This document shows, in pieces, positions 1-9,462 of a stretch of DNA of 30,002 nt (its first letter is position 1; each line of letters starts with the position of its first letter). Both the position numbers and the translations under genes were made by a program. The notes beneath the pieces are model-generated. The model was not told where the DNA came from. It made no database searches and saw only the letters and a program-made list of their open reading frames with translations. Source of the stretch: a virus (taxonomy: Duplodnaviria; Caudoviricetes); IMG/VR virus record IMGVR_UViG_3300048072_000107, positions 1 to 30,002 of that record; one strand, given 5' to 3'.

Positions 1-411
1 ATGGCATCCCCGGCAGCAAATAAGGGCGACGGCAGCAGCATCGCTTTCGAGACAGGATTTTTTGCGCAGATCACCGACATCAACTGGAGCGGAGTGACCC
101 GCGCCTCGATTCCGCTTCCGCATATGGGCCTGGCTGCGGCGAGCTCGGGGACGTTTGGCAATCTGCCGAAAGTTCCGGGCAACATCATCGACCCCGGTGC
201 CCTGGAGGTGGAGATCAACTTCAACCCCGACACCACTCCGCCCATTGGGGCGGCGGCAAGCACCTGCACGGTGACGTTCGCAGGCGGCGCCACCTGGGCG
301 GGATCCGCCTTCATGACGGAGATGGGTGTCGCGGTGCCCATGGGCAAGGTGATGAGCCAGCGCGTGAAGATCGAATTCTCCGGCGCCATCACCATGACGG
401 ACGCAACGTAA
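1..411 (+). CDS. Major tail tube protein
   Basis: 136 aa, beta-rich, IDPGALEVEINFNP and C-terminal VKIEFSG; lies immediately upstream of tail chaperone and tape measure genes. Confidence 0.75.
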   Translation: MASPAANKGDGSSIAFETGFFAQITDINWSGVTRASIPLPHMGLAAASSGTFGNLPKVPGNIIDPGALEVEINFNPDTTPPIGAAASTCTVTFAGGATWAGSAFMTEMGVAVPMGKVMSQRVKIEFSGAITMTDAT

Positions 412-475
412 TCGGGCTCCAGGAAATGGTGGGCGGTGCCCACCGTGCGCCTCAAGCCCAACAGGAGACCGGCAT

Positions 476-901
476 ATGCACGGCACACAGGATCGCAAGT
501 TTACGGGCGAGGTTGGCGATTCGAACGCCAGCCCGCATTACCTCAGCGGAAGCGAGCTGCTCGAGCGAGAGACCGATGGCGTGATCGTTCGGGAGGTCCC
601 CATCGTAGCCGGGAAATACTCACCCGTGGTTTGCGTGCGGGTGATGACGGGCGATGAACGCGACAACCTGGACGCGTTCCTGGCGACGAAGGAAGGCGGC
701 GACACTGCGGGCATTCGTGCGAAGGTGGCACACCTGACCCTGTGTGATGCGGGTGGCGTGCGGCTGTTTGGCGACGCGACACCTCCAGCCACGCTGGGGC
801 AGAAGCTGTCAGCTAATCTGCTGCTGCGAATCTATGAGGCGGCGGCGGAGCTGAACTACCTGCGCGACAAGGACATGGAGGCGCTGCGAAAAAACTCCTG
901 A
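476..901 (+). CDS. Tail assembly chaperone (lambda gpG-like)
   Basis: AGGAG upstream; VRVMTGDERD and LCDAGGVRLF motifs; ends ...LRKNS over a slippery heptamer; lies between tail tube and tape measure. Confidence 0.8.
   Translation: MHGTQDRKFTGEVGDSNASPHYLSGSELLERETDGVIVREVPIVAGKYSPVVCVRVMTGDERDNLDAFLATKEGGDTAGIRAKVAHLTLCDAGGVRLFGDATPPATLGQKLSANLLLRIYEAAAELNYLRDKDMEALRKNS
889..895 (+). other. Programmed -1 ribosomal frameshift site A AAA AAC (G/GT chaperone)
   Basis: X XXY YYZ heptamer in the correct phase just before the stop of 476..901; the -1 frame is open into 916..1134. Confidence 0.8.
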
Positions 902-915
902 GGCGGCCGGCCCGG

Positions 916-1134
916 ATGTTCTGGTTCGAGTTGGCGTTGGCCATGGGCCGGACCGTCCGCGAATTGCTGGCCGCCATGGACGCCCGCGAGCTGGCTGAGT
1001 GGTGCGCCTACTGGGATGTGCGCTACAGCCCGGAGGTGATCGGACCGAAGCGCAAAACGCCGCAGGAGATGGACGCCATCTTCCGGCAATTCGCCAACGC
1101 CAATAACGCCGCAGCAGGGCATCGGCGCGCGTAG
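916..1134 (+). CDS. Tail assembly chaperone C-terminal extension (gpT-like), probably made as a frameshift fusion
   Basis: FWFELALAMGRTVRELLAAMDARELAEWCAY is typical of gpT-like segments; in the -1 frame relative to 476..901. Confidence 0.75.
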   Translation: MFWFELALAMGRTVRELLAAMDARELAEWCAYWDVRYSPEVIGPKRKTPQEMDAIFRQFANANNAAAGHRRA

Positions 1135-1153
1135 GACGGCGGGAGCCTGATTC

Positions 1154-2515
1154 ATGGCTGCCTTCGCAAAAGTTGGCGTCAGCGTCGTTGCCTACACGGG
1201 CAATTTCACCAACGGCATGCGCCGCGCGCAGCAGTCGGTGAAGGGATTTGCCGACAGCGCCAACTCCGCCCGCCCATCCCTGCAGGGACTCAATCAGGCT
1301 TTCGGCGCACAGAGCGGACTGGGGGCGTTTGGAAAACTCCTGACCGGCGGGGGCGCCGTGGCCGGCCTGACGCTGATGGGCAAAGCCCTCAGTGACGCCG
1401 CAGAGGGCATGCGGGCCATGTCCGCGGAAATCATCGCGGGCAATGCCGGCATGGCCAGCCTGGTAGGGAACGTGGGCGAATCCCTTCCCGGAATCGGAGC
1501 GCTGGTCAAGGGCGCCACCGAATTCAACTTTGCACTGGACGATTCCGCCGCGGCCTTCGGGAAGCTCATCGGATTGAGCGAGCAGCAGGTGGCCAGCGCA
1601 CGCTCCTGGACCACGCAGGCCAAGGAAGCCGCCACGGCTTACGCTGTTATCGAAAAGATTCAGGACGGCACTGCAGCGGCGCGGCGCGAACTTACCGAGC
1701 TGACACTGAAGGGTGTGGACCGCGAGCGGGCTGCGGTGCAGAACCGCTATGAAGCGGAGATGGAGGAAATCGCCAAGCTGCGCGAAGCACTGCCCAACGT
1801 GGCGGATCCCAACACTCGGCGCAACATGCGCGAGAGCCTGGCCGAACGCGAGGGCGTAGCCGCGCAGAAGCGCGACCAGGGCCTGAGCAACGTAGACCAA
1901 AAGGAAGCCCAGCGCGTGGCCGACGAGCGGTATGCCGATTACGACGCCAACCGGAAGGTGGAAGAGCAGCAACAGGCGGCGGCAGAGGCCAACTATCGGC
2001 AAACCGGCCTGATGATGGATGAGGTTCGCTCCAAGCAGCGGGAACTCAACGCCCTGAAGCTGAAGGGCCCGGCGGCGGAAAAAGCCGCGATCGAGGATCG
2101 CTATCAACTCGAACGCGATCGCCTTAATGAACTGCGCCGCGACGTGGAGAAGGTGAAGGACGAAAAAACGCGGATCGCGCGGCAGGGGATCATCGACCAG
2201 GAGTTTGACCTGGCCAAGCAGAAACGGGACGCCGAGCTGGCCAAGCTGAAGACTGACACGGCGGATTCCATCAAGGGAGGCCCCAAGACCATCGGCGCTG
2301 CGGAGCGTGGGACATCCGAGGCTGTGTCCTCCATTTCGCGTGCGCAGCAGGGCTGGGCTGAAACCGCTCAGCATATGGCCCAGCTGAAGGCGCTGAACAA
2401 GGAAAACAACCAGCTGCTTACGGCGCTGGAGGGTTTGGGCCGCAAGCTGTTGGAAGCGCTGGCGGGCCCGGCGGCGGGCGCTGCGGGATTTTTGGGCCTG
2501 GGCGGAGGCGGCTGA
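1154..2515 (+). CDS. Tail tape measure protein (short, 453 aa)
   Basis: N-terminal VSVVAYTGNFTNGMRRAQ pattern, Ala/Gly-rich then long helical charged region; follows chaperones. Confidence 0.85.
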   Translation: MAAFAKVGVSVVAYTGNFTNGMRRAQQSVKGFADSANSARPSLQGLNQAFGAQSGLGAFGKLLTGGGAVAGLTLMGKALSDAAEGMRAMSAEIIAGNAGMASLVGNVGESLPGIGALVKGATEFNFALDDSAAAFGKLIGLSEQQVASARSWTTQAKEAATAYAVIEKIQDGTAAARRELTELTLKGVDRERAAVQNRYEAEMEEIAKLREALPNVADPNTRRNMRESLAEREGVAAQKRDQGLSNVDQKEAQRVADERYADYDANRKVEEQQQAAAEANYRQTGLMMDEVRSKQRELNALKLKGPAAEKAAIEDRYQLERDRLNELRRDVEKVKDEKTRIARQGIIDQEFDLAKQKRDAELAKLKTDTADSIKGGPKTIGAAERGTSEAVSSISRAQQGWAETAQHMAQLKALNKENNQLLTALEGLGRKLLEALAGPAAGAAGFLGLGGGG

Positions 2516-3432
2516 TGGCAGTGACACAGGTTGTCGAGTTAACCAAGGGGCGCACGTGCCAGTTTGACGAACATGGCCGCCGGCCGTCGCGCACATTTGC
2601 AGTGGTGGTTTCTTCGCCGCTGGACGGACCTTATACCGTGGCCAACGCCACCGGCATTCCCGCGTTTGGCGACACTTACGCATCAGGCAACGACAGCGAC
2701 GATATGGCCTATCTGCGCACGAAGACGCCCGAGCTGGTGGATCCCATGGCGCTGGTGTGGGAAGTGCGCTGCGAATACGACACGCTGAACCACATGGCCG
2801 GGCTGCCGCTGAACAGCAGCGGATGGCAAGCCTGGATCGAAAACCCGCTGGCGCGGCCAGTGACCCGCGTGCACGGGCAGATCAAAGTCCAGGAGGCGAT
2901 GCTGTTTGAACCGCCCACGCTTAACCCCAACGGGACCATCACCAAGGGAGCCAAGATTCTGAACAGCGCTGGGCAGGCCTATGACCCGCCGGCCATGCGG
3001 CAGCGCACCATCAATGTCGTGACGTTCTACAAGAACTCGGCGACCTTCAACGAGGCCAGCATCAGCTATTACCAGGACACCATCAACTCCGATGATTTTT
3101 TCGGAGTTCCTCCGACGTGCGCTTTGATGAACAGCGTGACCCCGGAAAAGATGTTCGAAAGCGGGGTGGATTACGTGCGCAGCGCCTGGGAGGTGCACTT
3201 CGATTTCTACGGGTGGGATGCGAACATACTGGACCAGGGCCTGGGAACCTTGGACGTTACGAAGAACGCCCCGGTGCTCGCCAAAGATCCCAACGGCTCC
3301 GCTTACACATTCCCGGTGCTGCTGAATGGACAGGGGCAGATCCTGAATCCCAACACAGGAGATCCTGTTTACCGGACTCACAAGCGATACAAGCGCGTTC
3401 CGTTCCTCGACATCGGGATCTGGGCACCGTGA
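2515..3432 (+). CDS. Putative tail tip / distal tail protein
   Basis: TGATG-coupled to tape measure; 305 aa with GC-biased third codon positions; function from position only. Confidence 0.6.
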   Translation: MAVTQVVELTKGRTCQFDEHGRRPSRTFAVVVSSPLDGPYTVANATGIPAFGDTYASGNDSDDMAYLRTKTPELVDPMALVWEVRCEYDTLNHMAGLPLNSSGWQAWIENPLARPVTRVHGQIKVQEAMLFEPPTLNPNGTITKGAKILNSAGQAYDPPAMRQRTINVVTFYKNSATFNEASISYYQDTINSDDFFGVPPTCALMNSVTPEKMFESGVDYVRSAWEVHFDFYGWDANILDQGLGTLDVTKNAPVLAKDPNGSAYTFPVLLNGQGQILNPNTGDPVYRTHKRYKRVPFLDIGIWAP

Positions 3433-3722
3433 GCCTGCTGTCGACAGTTCACGATCTGCAGCGGCGCCTGCACCAACTGGAAGAGCTGGAGCGGAAGCGC
3501 GAGCGCCCCGGTCTTCCCCGGCCCAAGTATCCCATCGCCTCCGGAGGCGATGGTTTCGCGCTTTCCGGCGTGAAGTTGTACGTGCGTTACCTCTACGACA
3601 TCACCTGCAGCGGCTCGGCGATGACCAAGGTCTACCACTGGCACGAATTTGAAAAGGTGAGCGCGGGAACATCGGACCGCTACCTGTACGTGACCGACCA
3701 CGCGACCAACCCGGTGCCCTGA
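3429..3722 (+). CDS. Small tail-region protein (N-terminal coiled coil)
   Basis: GTGA overlap with the upstream stop; VSLLSTVHDLQRRLHQLEELERK; start reassigned from the 3117 track ORF. Confidence 0.65.
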   Translation: MSLLSTVHDLQRRLHQLEELERKRERPGLPRPKYPIASGGDGFALSGVKLYVRYLYDITCSGSAMTKVYHWHEFEKVSAGTSDRYLYVTDHATNPVP

Positions 3723-3725
3723 CCC

Positions 3726-4316
3726 ATGGCCGGCGAAACCGAAACGATCGATTGCCCGCCGTGCTGCGTGCCGAGGATATGCAGGATTACTTGGCAACCC
3801 GCCTTACGATCCACGGACGGTGCACTCATCGGAGGCGTGCAGCAGGGAGGTACGCCATACACCATTTCGCCGGTGACGTTTGACGGCATCAATCGAAGCG
3901 GGACCATCCTCGGGGCCAACTCCGGAAGGTGGCATTCCGGGACGGGCGTCACGTTCACGGTGCCTTCAATTCTGACGCCGCTGAACATGGGCGGCGCACA
4001 GTTCGCATTCCTCTACTGGAGGATCGACGGATGCCTCGCGCAGACCGGCGCGCTCGGAACATGCACCCTGGTGAGCGGATGCCATTGCGCGTTCGCGCCA
4101 TCGGTCACGATCGCGCTGTGCGATTCAATCAACTGCGACGTGGGACTGCAGCCGTATTACGCTCCGAAGCCGACCGGTTGCCGGATCACAGAGAACCCGA
4201 TCGGCTGCGCGAGCTGCTGGCTCGATGGCGTCATAGTTTCAGGACCGTTCGGGTGCCCGAAGAATCCGGCACTGGAGTGCTACGAGACGCCCTGCAACAC
4301 AAACTACTGCGTCTGA
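3726..4316 (+). CDS. Cys-rich tail-region protein
   Basis: 17 Cys in 196 aa, N-terminal CPPCC; operonic spacing. Confidence 0.65.
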   Translation: MAGETETIDCPPCCVPRICRITWQPALRSTDGALIGGVQQGGTPYTISPVTFDGINRSGTILGANSGRWHSGTGVTFTVPSILTPLNMGGAQFAFLYWRIDGCLAQTGALGTCTLVSGCHCAFAPSVTIALCDSINCDVGLQPYYAPKPTGCRITENPIGCASCWLDGVIVSGPFGCPKNPALECYETPCNTNYCV

Positions 4317-4326
4317 GGATTGCTCG

Positions 4327-5007
4327 ATGCCGATGCCGCAACTGTCCATTCGAATATCATCCATCGCCGATTGCCCCAAGATCGCCGGCCCCATCTGCGC
4401 GGCCGGGGTCGATGCCGCCATTTCGCAGATGCAGGGCAGGTTGTCAGGGAAATCGGTTCCATGTGCGTGGAACGGGCCGACCTGGTGCAATGACCCCCCG
4501 CGCACGCCCCCGGGCCCAATTTGCTTTCCTTCGATCAGCGGATGGAGCGGCTCAGCGGGATGCCTGACGCCGCAACCGGCTGGCTGCGAGAACGGTACCG
4601 GCTGCATCAACAACTCTGAGCTGATTCGCTCCACCGTGCTGTCCGCATTTGTCGGCGGGTACACAGAGCCGTGCTACGGCGGCGTGCGGTGCCTGCGGGT
4701 TATCGAGGGGCGTATCTACCTGGTGAATCCGACGCTCGTGACAACCAACAACCTCTGCTACCTGAACGTGTCCTACGACGTGCAGATCGGCCTGCAGTAT
4801 TGCAACGCGCCTCCGCTTCCGGTGCCGAACGGAACATCCGATATCGCGCCCTGGCCGAACGGCGTGGCCGATCGCAAGACGGTGACGGGCATCGGACCGA
4901 TCATTTCCGCCCAGCAGCTTGCCGCGGCGATTGCCCAGTACGCCAAGGGCAGCTACCACTGCCCGGGCGACTCCGCGAATTGCAGCATGGAGCTGATCGT
5001 ATCATGA
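4327..5007 (+). CDS. Cys-rich tail-region protein (possibly a continuation of 3726..4316)
   Basis: 14 Cys in 226 aa; GAGGA 7 nt upstream of the ATG. Confidence 0.65.
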   Translation: MPMPQLSIRISSIADCPKIAGPICAAGVDAAISQMQGRLSGKSVPCAWNGPTWCNDPPRTPPGPICFPSISGWSGSAGCLTPQPAGCENGTGCINNSELIRSTVLSAFVGGYTEPCYGGVRCLRVIEGRIYLVNPTLVTTNNLCYLNVSYDVQIGLQYCNAPPLPVPNGTSDIAPWPNGVADRKTVTGIGPIISAQQLAAAIAQYAKGSYHCPGDSANCSMELIVS

Positions 5008-5357
5008 CCTCACGACGCGAAATCATCATGACGGCCGCGGAGGCGGAGGCAGACTGGCAGCGGGCAAGCGTTCGGCTTGCCGAGCTGGGCGAGGCCGGGG
5101 TGACGACGTCGCTCCATCCCCCGCTGAGCAAGGCCGCCGAGGCACGCTTCGAAGCCTGCCGGCAGTGCGACCACTTCAACGACGACGCCAACACGGGAGA
5201 GCCGCTATCCCCGCCTTGCGGACTGAACCGGGAATGGAGCATTTGCAGATGGAAGGGCGCCGCCATCGCCGGCGAGCCGCCGGCGGACCGGCGCTGCCCG
5301 TGGCACCGACTGGCCGATCAGCCGGCCAAGGCTGAAGTCTTTGGACTTGGGTCTTGA
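5004..5357 (+). CDS. Small Cys-motif (probable Zn-binding) protein
   Basis: ATGA overlap; ARFEACRQC...C...C...CPW pattern. Confidence 0.65.
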   Translation: MTSRREIIMTAAEAEADWQRASVRLAELGEAGVTTSLHPPLSKAAEARFEACRQCDHFNDDANTGEPLSPPCGLNREWSICRWKGAAIAGEPPADRRCPWHRLADQPAKAEVFGLGS

Positions 5358-5461
5358 GACTTGGGGTAGCGGGGTTTACACTGAGATTGACCGGCGAATG
5401 GAGAATAATCCATGCGCCGGGCAACACGTCAGGCTTCGGGCTTCAGGCTTCAGGCTGCAGG
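5337..5461. repeat. Two degenerate 7-bp tandem repeat tracts
   Basis: GTCTTTG GACTTGG GTCTTGA GACTTGG (5337-5364) and CAGGCTT CGGGCTT CAGGCTT CAGGCTG (5430-5457). Confidence 0.8.
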
Positions 5462-6371
5462 TACAAAGAGCGTTCTGCTGTGCTGCGTTGCCGCCGTTAT
5501 GCTGGCGGCTCCAGCGCTCGCGGTCGATACCTACAATTGGACCGGTGCCCTGTCGTCGGATTTCAATTCGAACGGCAACTGGACCACCAACGGCATCGCC
5601 GCGTCGAGCGTTCCCGCGACGGCCGACAACGTCGTCATTGACTATGGCAGCGTGGACATCACCGCGAGCCTGAACCAGTCCACGAAGCAATTCGCCTACC
5701 TGGTCATCGGCCCGAACTACACCGGCCAGGTGGGTAACTCCACCAGCGATTACCTGCGCTGCGGCGCTGACCTCTTCGTCATTTCCGGAGGTGGGTCTGA
5801 TCACTTCCTGTCGGCGACGGGGACGGGGTTCACGACAGCGATCGTGCGCAGCGTGGGCGCGAACGGGACGGACAACCTTTATTTGAGCGGAACCATCGGA
5901 ACGCTGGACGTGCGGCGGGCCACGCTGCACATTGCATCCGGCTGCACCATCACCACGATGTACGTGGATCCGCTGAACGCGTCGAGCGGCAACGTCACCA
6001 TCAACAGCCAGGGCAACGTCTCCAACCTGTACATGCGCACCGGCGTGCTGAACGTCACCGCGGGCACCACCGGAACGGCCAACATTGACGGCGGGACCGT
6101 AACGATCAGCGCCGGAGTTTTCACGAACCTGTCGCAGCGGGGCGGCACGCTCTATTGGCACACCACCAGCACGCTTGTGGATGCGGAGATATTCGGGGGG
6201 ACCTTCGACGCCTCGGGCGACGTGCGCGCCAAGACGATCACCGCGATCCGCGTGCACAACGGCGCCGCCATCACGCTGGACAATGCGATCGGAAACGTCG
6301 AGGTGACCGACGGCGTGCAGGTATTCGCGGGCTCCGCGTCATTCCCGGCGGGTACGGTGTTCAACTATTAG
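5412..6371 (+). CDS. Secreted beta-solenoid (autotransporter-passenger-like) protein
   Basis: GGAG upstream; signal peptide LLCCVAAVMLAAPALA; YNWTGA..SDF...GNW..VP...DNVVI motif, then Gly/Thr-rich beta repeats. Confidence 0.75.
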   Translation: MRRATRQASGFRLQAAGTKSVLLCCVAAVMLAAPALAVDTYNWTGALSSDFNSNGNWTTNGIAASSVPATADNVVIDYGSVDITASLNQSTKQFAYLVIGPNYTGQVGNSTSDYLRCGADLFVISGGGSDHFLSATGTGFTTAIVRSVGANGTDNLYLSGTIGTLDVRRATLHIASGCTITTMYVDPLNASSGNVTINSQGNVSNLYMRTGVLNVTAGTTGTANIDGGTVTISAGVFTNLSQRGGTLYWHTTSTLVDAEIFGGTFDASGDVRAKTITAIRVHNGAAITLDNAIGNVEVTDGVQVFAGSASFPAGTVFNY

Positions 6372-6425
6372 GCTCCAGGCTTCAGGCTGCAGGCTGCAGG
6401 ATAAACCATTAAGCCTCAGGCCTGA
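6369..6425. repeat. 7-bp tandem repeat tract followed by inverted copies
   Basis: TAGGCTC CAGGCTT CAGGCTG CAGGCTG then AAGCCTC AGGCCTG. Confidence 0.8.
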
Positions 6426-6454
6426 TGCCGCAAGTCCGACTCGGGGCTCGAGCC

Positions 6455-6760
6455 ATGTCCAATCCGCAGAATAACTGGCTGGCAGTCGAACTGCGGCGCA
6501 TGCAGAAGGATGTGCTGGGCCGGCTCGACGCAATCAGCGGGCGGATCGTGCGGCTCGAGGAACGCTTCAACGACATGCACGCGAAGCTGTTCATTGACCA
6601 GGGCGACGATCCGTGCCTGGCGGGCCGCGTGCGCGCCGTGGAGAAAGGCCTGCTGGAAGAGCAGGGCACCAAAACGAAGTGGGCCGCGAAGGCGTGGCGG
6701 CTCGTGGAGCTGGTGTTCGCGGCACTGATCGGCGTGGCGCTGGGGAAGTATCGAAGTTGA
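6455..6760 (+). CDS. Coiled-coil protein with a C-terminal transmembrane helix (XhlA/holin-like)
   Basis: RLDAISGRIVRLEERF coiled coil, C-terminal LVELVFAALIGVALG; topology as in XhlA-type lysis proteins. Confidence 0.55.
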   Translation: MSNPQNNWLAVELRRMQKDVLGRLDAISGRIVRLEERFNDMHAKLFIDQGDDPCLAGRVRAVEKGLLEEQGTKTKWAAKAWRLVELVFAALIGVALGKYRS

Positions 6761-6804
6761 GAACCAGGCCTGAGGCCTCGGGCTCCAGGCCGTAGGAGTT
6801 GATC

Positions 6805-7173
6805 ATGCAACGGATTGCGAATCGAAAAGGGGACATCAGCTACATCATCCTGGGCGTGCTCATTGCCGCGGCGGCGGCGGCTCTGGTGGGCCATCGCGCC
6901 GAGGGTGTGGCCACGGACCAGTGGAGCACGTGGGCGGTGGCGCCGAATGGGCCCGCTCGCAACGCGGCCGTCATTACTCCGCACGCGACGGACGAGCTGG
7001 TCAACATCACACGCGGGATCTACGTCGCCGGCGGCGGCGACTTGGTCGTGAGGTTCGCGGACGGCAGCACCGACGTCACGATCGAGGACGTTCCCCCGGG
7101 AAGCATTCTGCCATTCTGCGTACGTGCGGTGCGGAACACATCGACCGCAACGGGCTTGATCGCTCTGTACTAA
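6805..7173 (+). CDS. Head-spike base protein (RcGTA Rcc01079-like) with an N-terminal signal/TM extension
   Basis: AGGAG RBS; AAVITP...TRGIYVAGGGDLVVRF...VPPGSILP..VRAV..T.TATGLIALY matches the family pattern. Confidence 0.75.
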   Translation: MQRIANRKGDISYIILGVLIAAAAAALVGHRAEGVATDQWSTWAVAPNGPARNAAVITPHATDELVNITRGIYVAGGGDLVVRFADGSTDVTIEDVPPGSILPFCVRAVRNTSTATGLIALY

Positions 7174-7198
7174 CTTGGGTCAGGGAAAGGCGACCACC

Positions 7199-9205
7199 AT
7201 GAGAGACCTTCGGATCCGTCTTGCGGCGCTGCTGGTCATGCTCGCCGCGCCGGCGTTCGCAACGAACTACTTTGTCGACGGCTCGACGCCAAGCATCAAC
7301 ATCCACCTCGGGGGCGCCAACTGCGAGCCGGTCACTCGGCTCAGCGGAACGGTCCAAGCGGGGAGCGACACCACGCACATCGTGCTGGAGTCCGACGCGT
7401 GCGGATCTGATAACACCTATCGCAACTACGGGGTGATGATCACGTCAGGCAGCCTGCGCTCGGTGACGCGCCGGGCATCGGCGTACACGGGCAGCAGCAA
7501 GACAATCACGCTGGCGACTGCGATGGGCAGCGACCCCACGGGACTGAGCTACCGCATCGTAAATGGATCCGACACCAACGATGGGTCCACGTCCAACGTG
7601 CCGGTGAGTAACAACGTCGGGCCCTTCGCGACCGTCAACAAGGCTGCCAACACCGCGATTGGCGGCACACACACGGTCAAGGTGGCGGCGGCGACGTACG
7701 ACATGATGGACGCCAACTACGGTAGCCTGGTGTACTTCGACGACGCCAACGCCAACGCCACATTCGTGGGGACCACGGGGTGGGGCGTCACCGATGATCC
7801 GGGCGTGCGCCCCACGCTGAGCGACGCGCAGTCTTCAAACGCGGCGATGCAGTTTTTTGGGTCATCGACCGGGAAGGTGACGTTCAACGGGTTCAATATT
7901 CTTTCGAACAACCCTACCTCCACGATTGTGAACAACTGCCCCACCGACCTACGTCTCATCAACTGCAACGTCGTAAACTCTCTCTCTGCTGGAGTGGGCA
8001 TCGTGCTGCAAGGCACAGGGACATCGTCTACCGACCTCAGCATGGAGGGCGGTTCACTGTCTGCCCGAGGGTATCTGACGCAGTTCAAGTGCGACGTCGG
8101 GTCGATCGGATTTGAGGGCCCGACGTTCCTCCCGATAACAACTGCGACCATCGAGTTTGCAATTTTGCCGACGCCGGCCACGACCAACGGCATGCGCGTT
8201 GTCGATATGACCTCGTTCCGCGTAGAGCGGTGCGTCTTTGATCCGACCGTTGTGCCCATCAACACTCCGGTATTCGTTGATAGCATCGCCAAGGGACTCG
8301 GCATCCCGGTGCTGAACGGGTACGGCACGTTGCTGCGCTTCGCGGATAACACCGGCAGTATCGGGCGGCTGGCTCAGTCGCCGGGCAGGTGGCGCAACGT
8401 GGAGATCGTGGGCAACGAGTTGACGTTCACCGACCAGCGCGGGCTACTGATGGGCCTGGAGACGGACGGCGGCGCTGCGACGGTCAACACCAGTGGATTC
8501 GGACGCATCCTCGTGGCGGACAACGACCTTACGTTCAGTGCGGCCGACGCCAACCACAATCTGTTTTTCGGCATCGGCGCTGGCAACGTGCAGATGATCA
8601 ACAACGTCTTCACGACGCCATCGAGCAGCAGCGCCGGAAACGTGGTCATCAAAAGCGATTACAACACGCTCTATCGCAACACGATCTACGCCGACATGGC
8701 GACCGACGCGGCGCTCTACGTCGCGGGCGGGGCCAACAACACCATCGTCGGGAATACCATCGTTGCGGCCGACACAAGCGCCATCACGATCGACACCAAC
8801 CAAGACGGGACAAATGCCAATTACAACTATGTCGCCCACAACATTTTGCAGGGCAGTACTGCCTACATGGTGGACCCGGCGGGCAACGATAGCGACGCCA
8901 ACACCTGGGCGAACGTCTTCGAAAATAACCTGCTCTGGTCGAGCGGCACGAACATCATCGACCTCGGCGGTACGGACGTGACGCGAGCATCTGGAATCGC
9001 CGGCGTGCAGTCGGCATGGTTGACCTACTGCGGCGACAACACCGGCGCATTCAGCGACGGGGAAAGCCTGGTCGCTAACCCGCGGTTCATCAATGCGGCG
9101 CAGTATGACTTCCGCCTGCGGACCTCGTCGCCGGCATGGTCGCTGGGAGCCGGTGCGCAGGCCGCGCCAAGTGCAGCAACGCACCGCATGGGATTGGGGA
9201 TGTGA
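7199..9205 (+). CDS. Secreted right-handed beta-helix (pectin-lyase-like) fibre/spike protein
   Basis: Signal peptide MRDLRIRLAALLVMLAAPAFA; TNYFVD, GSDTNDG..GPFATVNKA (DUF1565-like); Asn-ladder repeats; C-terminal NPRF..DFRL..SSPA. Confidence 0.8.
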   Translation: MRDLRIRLAALLVMLAAPAFATNYFVDGSTPSINIHLGGANCEPVTRLSGTVQAGSDTTHIVLESDACGSDNTYRNYGVMITSGSLRSVTRRASAYTGSSKTITLATAMGSDPTGLSYRIVNGSDTNDGSTSNVPVSNNVGPFATVNKAANTAIGGTHTVKVAAATYDMMDANYGSLVYFDDANANATFVGTTGWGVTDDPGVRPTLSDAQSSNAAMQFFGSSTGKVTFNGFNILSNNPTSTIVNNCPTDLRLINCNVVNSLSAGVGIVLQGTGTSSTDLSMEGGSLSARGYLTQFKCDVGSIGFEGPTFLPITTATIEFAILPTPATTNGMRVVDMTSFRVERCVFDPTVVPINTPVFVDSIAKGLGIPVLNGYGTLLRFADNTGSIGRLAQSPGRWRNVEIVGNELTFTDQRGLLMGLETDGGAATVNTSGFGRILVADNDLTFSAADANHNLFFGIGAGNVQMINNVFTTPSSSSAGNVVIKSDYNTLYRNTIYADMATDAALYVAGGANNTIVGNTIVAADTSAITIDTNQDGTNANYNYVAHNILQGSTAYMVDPAGNDSDANTWANVFENNLLWSSGTNIIDLGGTDVTRASGIAGVQSAWLTYCGDNTGAFSDGESLVANPRFINAAQYDFRLRTSSPAWSLGAGAQAAPSAATHRMGLGM

Positions 9206-9462
9206 TGCGCTTCTTGAGTAAATTTGTGCTGGCTCTGCTGCTCGCCGTGGGCGGGTGCGGGGATCTGCACGTGCACATTCACCTTCCGCCGAAAGCGGAC
9301 GCCGCAGGCGCCAAGCTGCAGGCGGTGGGGACACCGGCGCCACGTACACAGGGCGTTACCCCGAAGACGCCAGATGCAGACATTGCACCTGCGGGCCCAA
9401 AGCCCGCGGCTGCGGACGATCACCAGACACCCGAAGAAATCCTCGAGGAGCTGCTGCCATGA
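9205..9462 (+). CDS. Small Pro/Ala-rich lipoprotein (possible outer spanin)
   Basis: TGATG coupling; MRFLSKFVLALLLAVGG-C lipobox. Confidence 0.65.
   Translation: MRFLSKFVLALLLAVGGCGDLHVHIHLPPKADAAGAKLQAVGTPAPRTQGVTPKTPDADIAPAGPKPAAADDHQTPEEILEELLP

Noticed and set aside
809-2683. 624-aa minus-strand ORF
   Set aside because: Antisense shadow of the tape measure and chaperone genes, typical of GC-rich coding DNA; no protein-like features
3726-9205. Diversity-generating retroelement target or invertible tail-fibre cassette
   Set aside because: No reverse transcriptase, no template/variable repeat pair and no invertase or inverted crossover sites seen in the window
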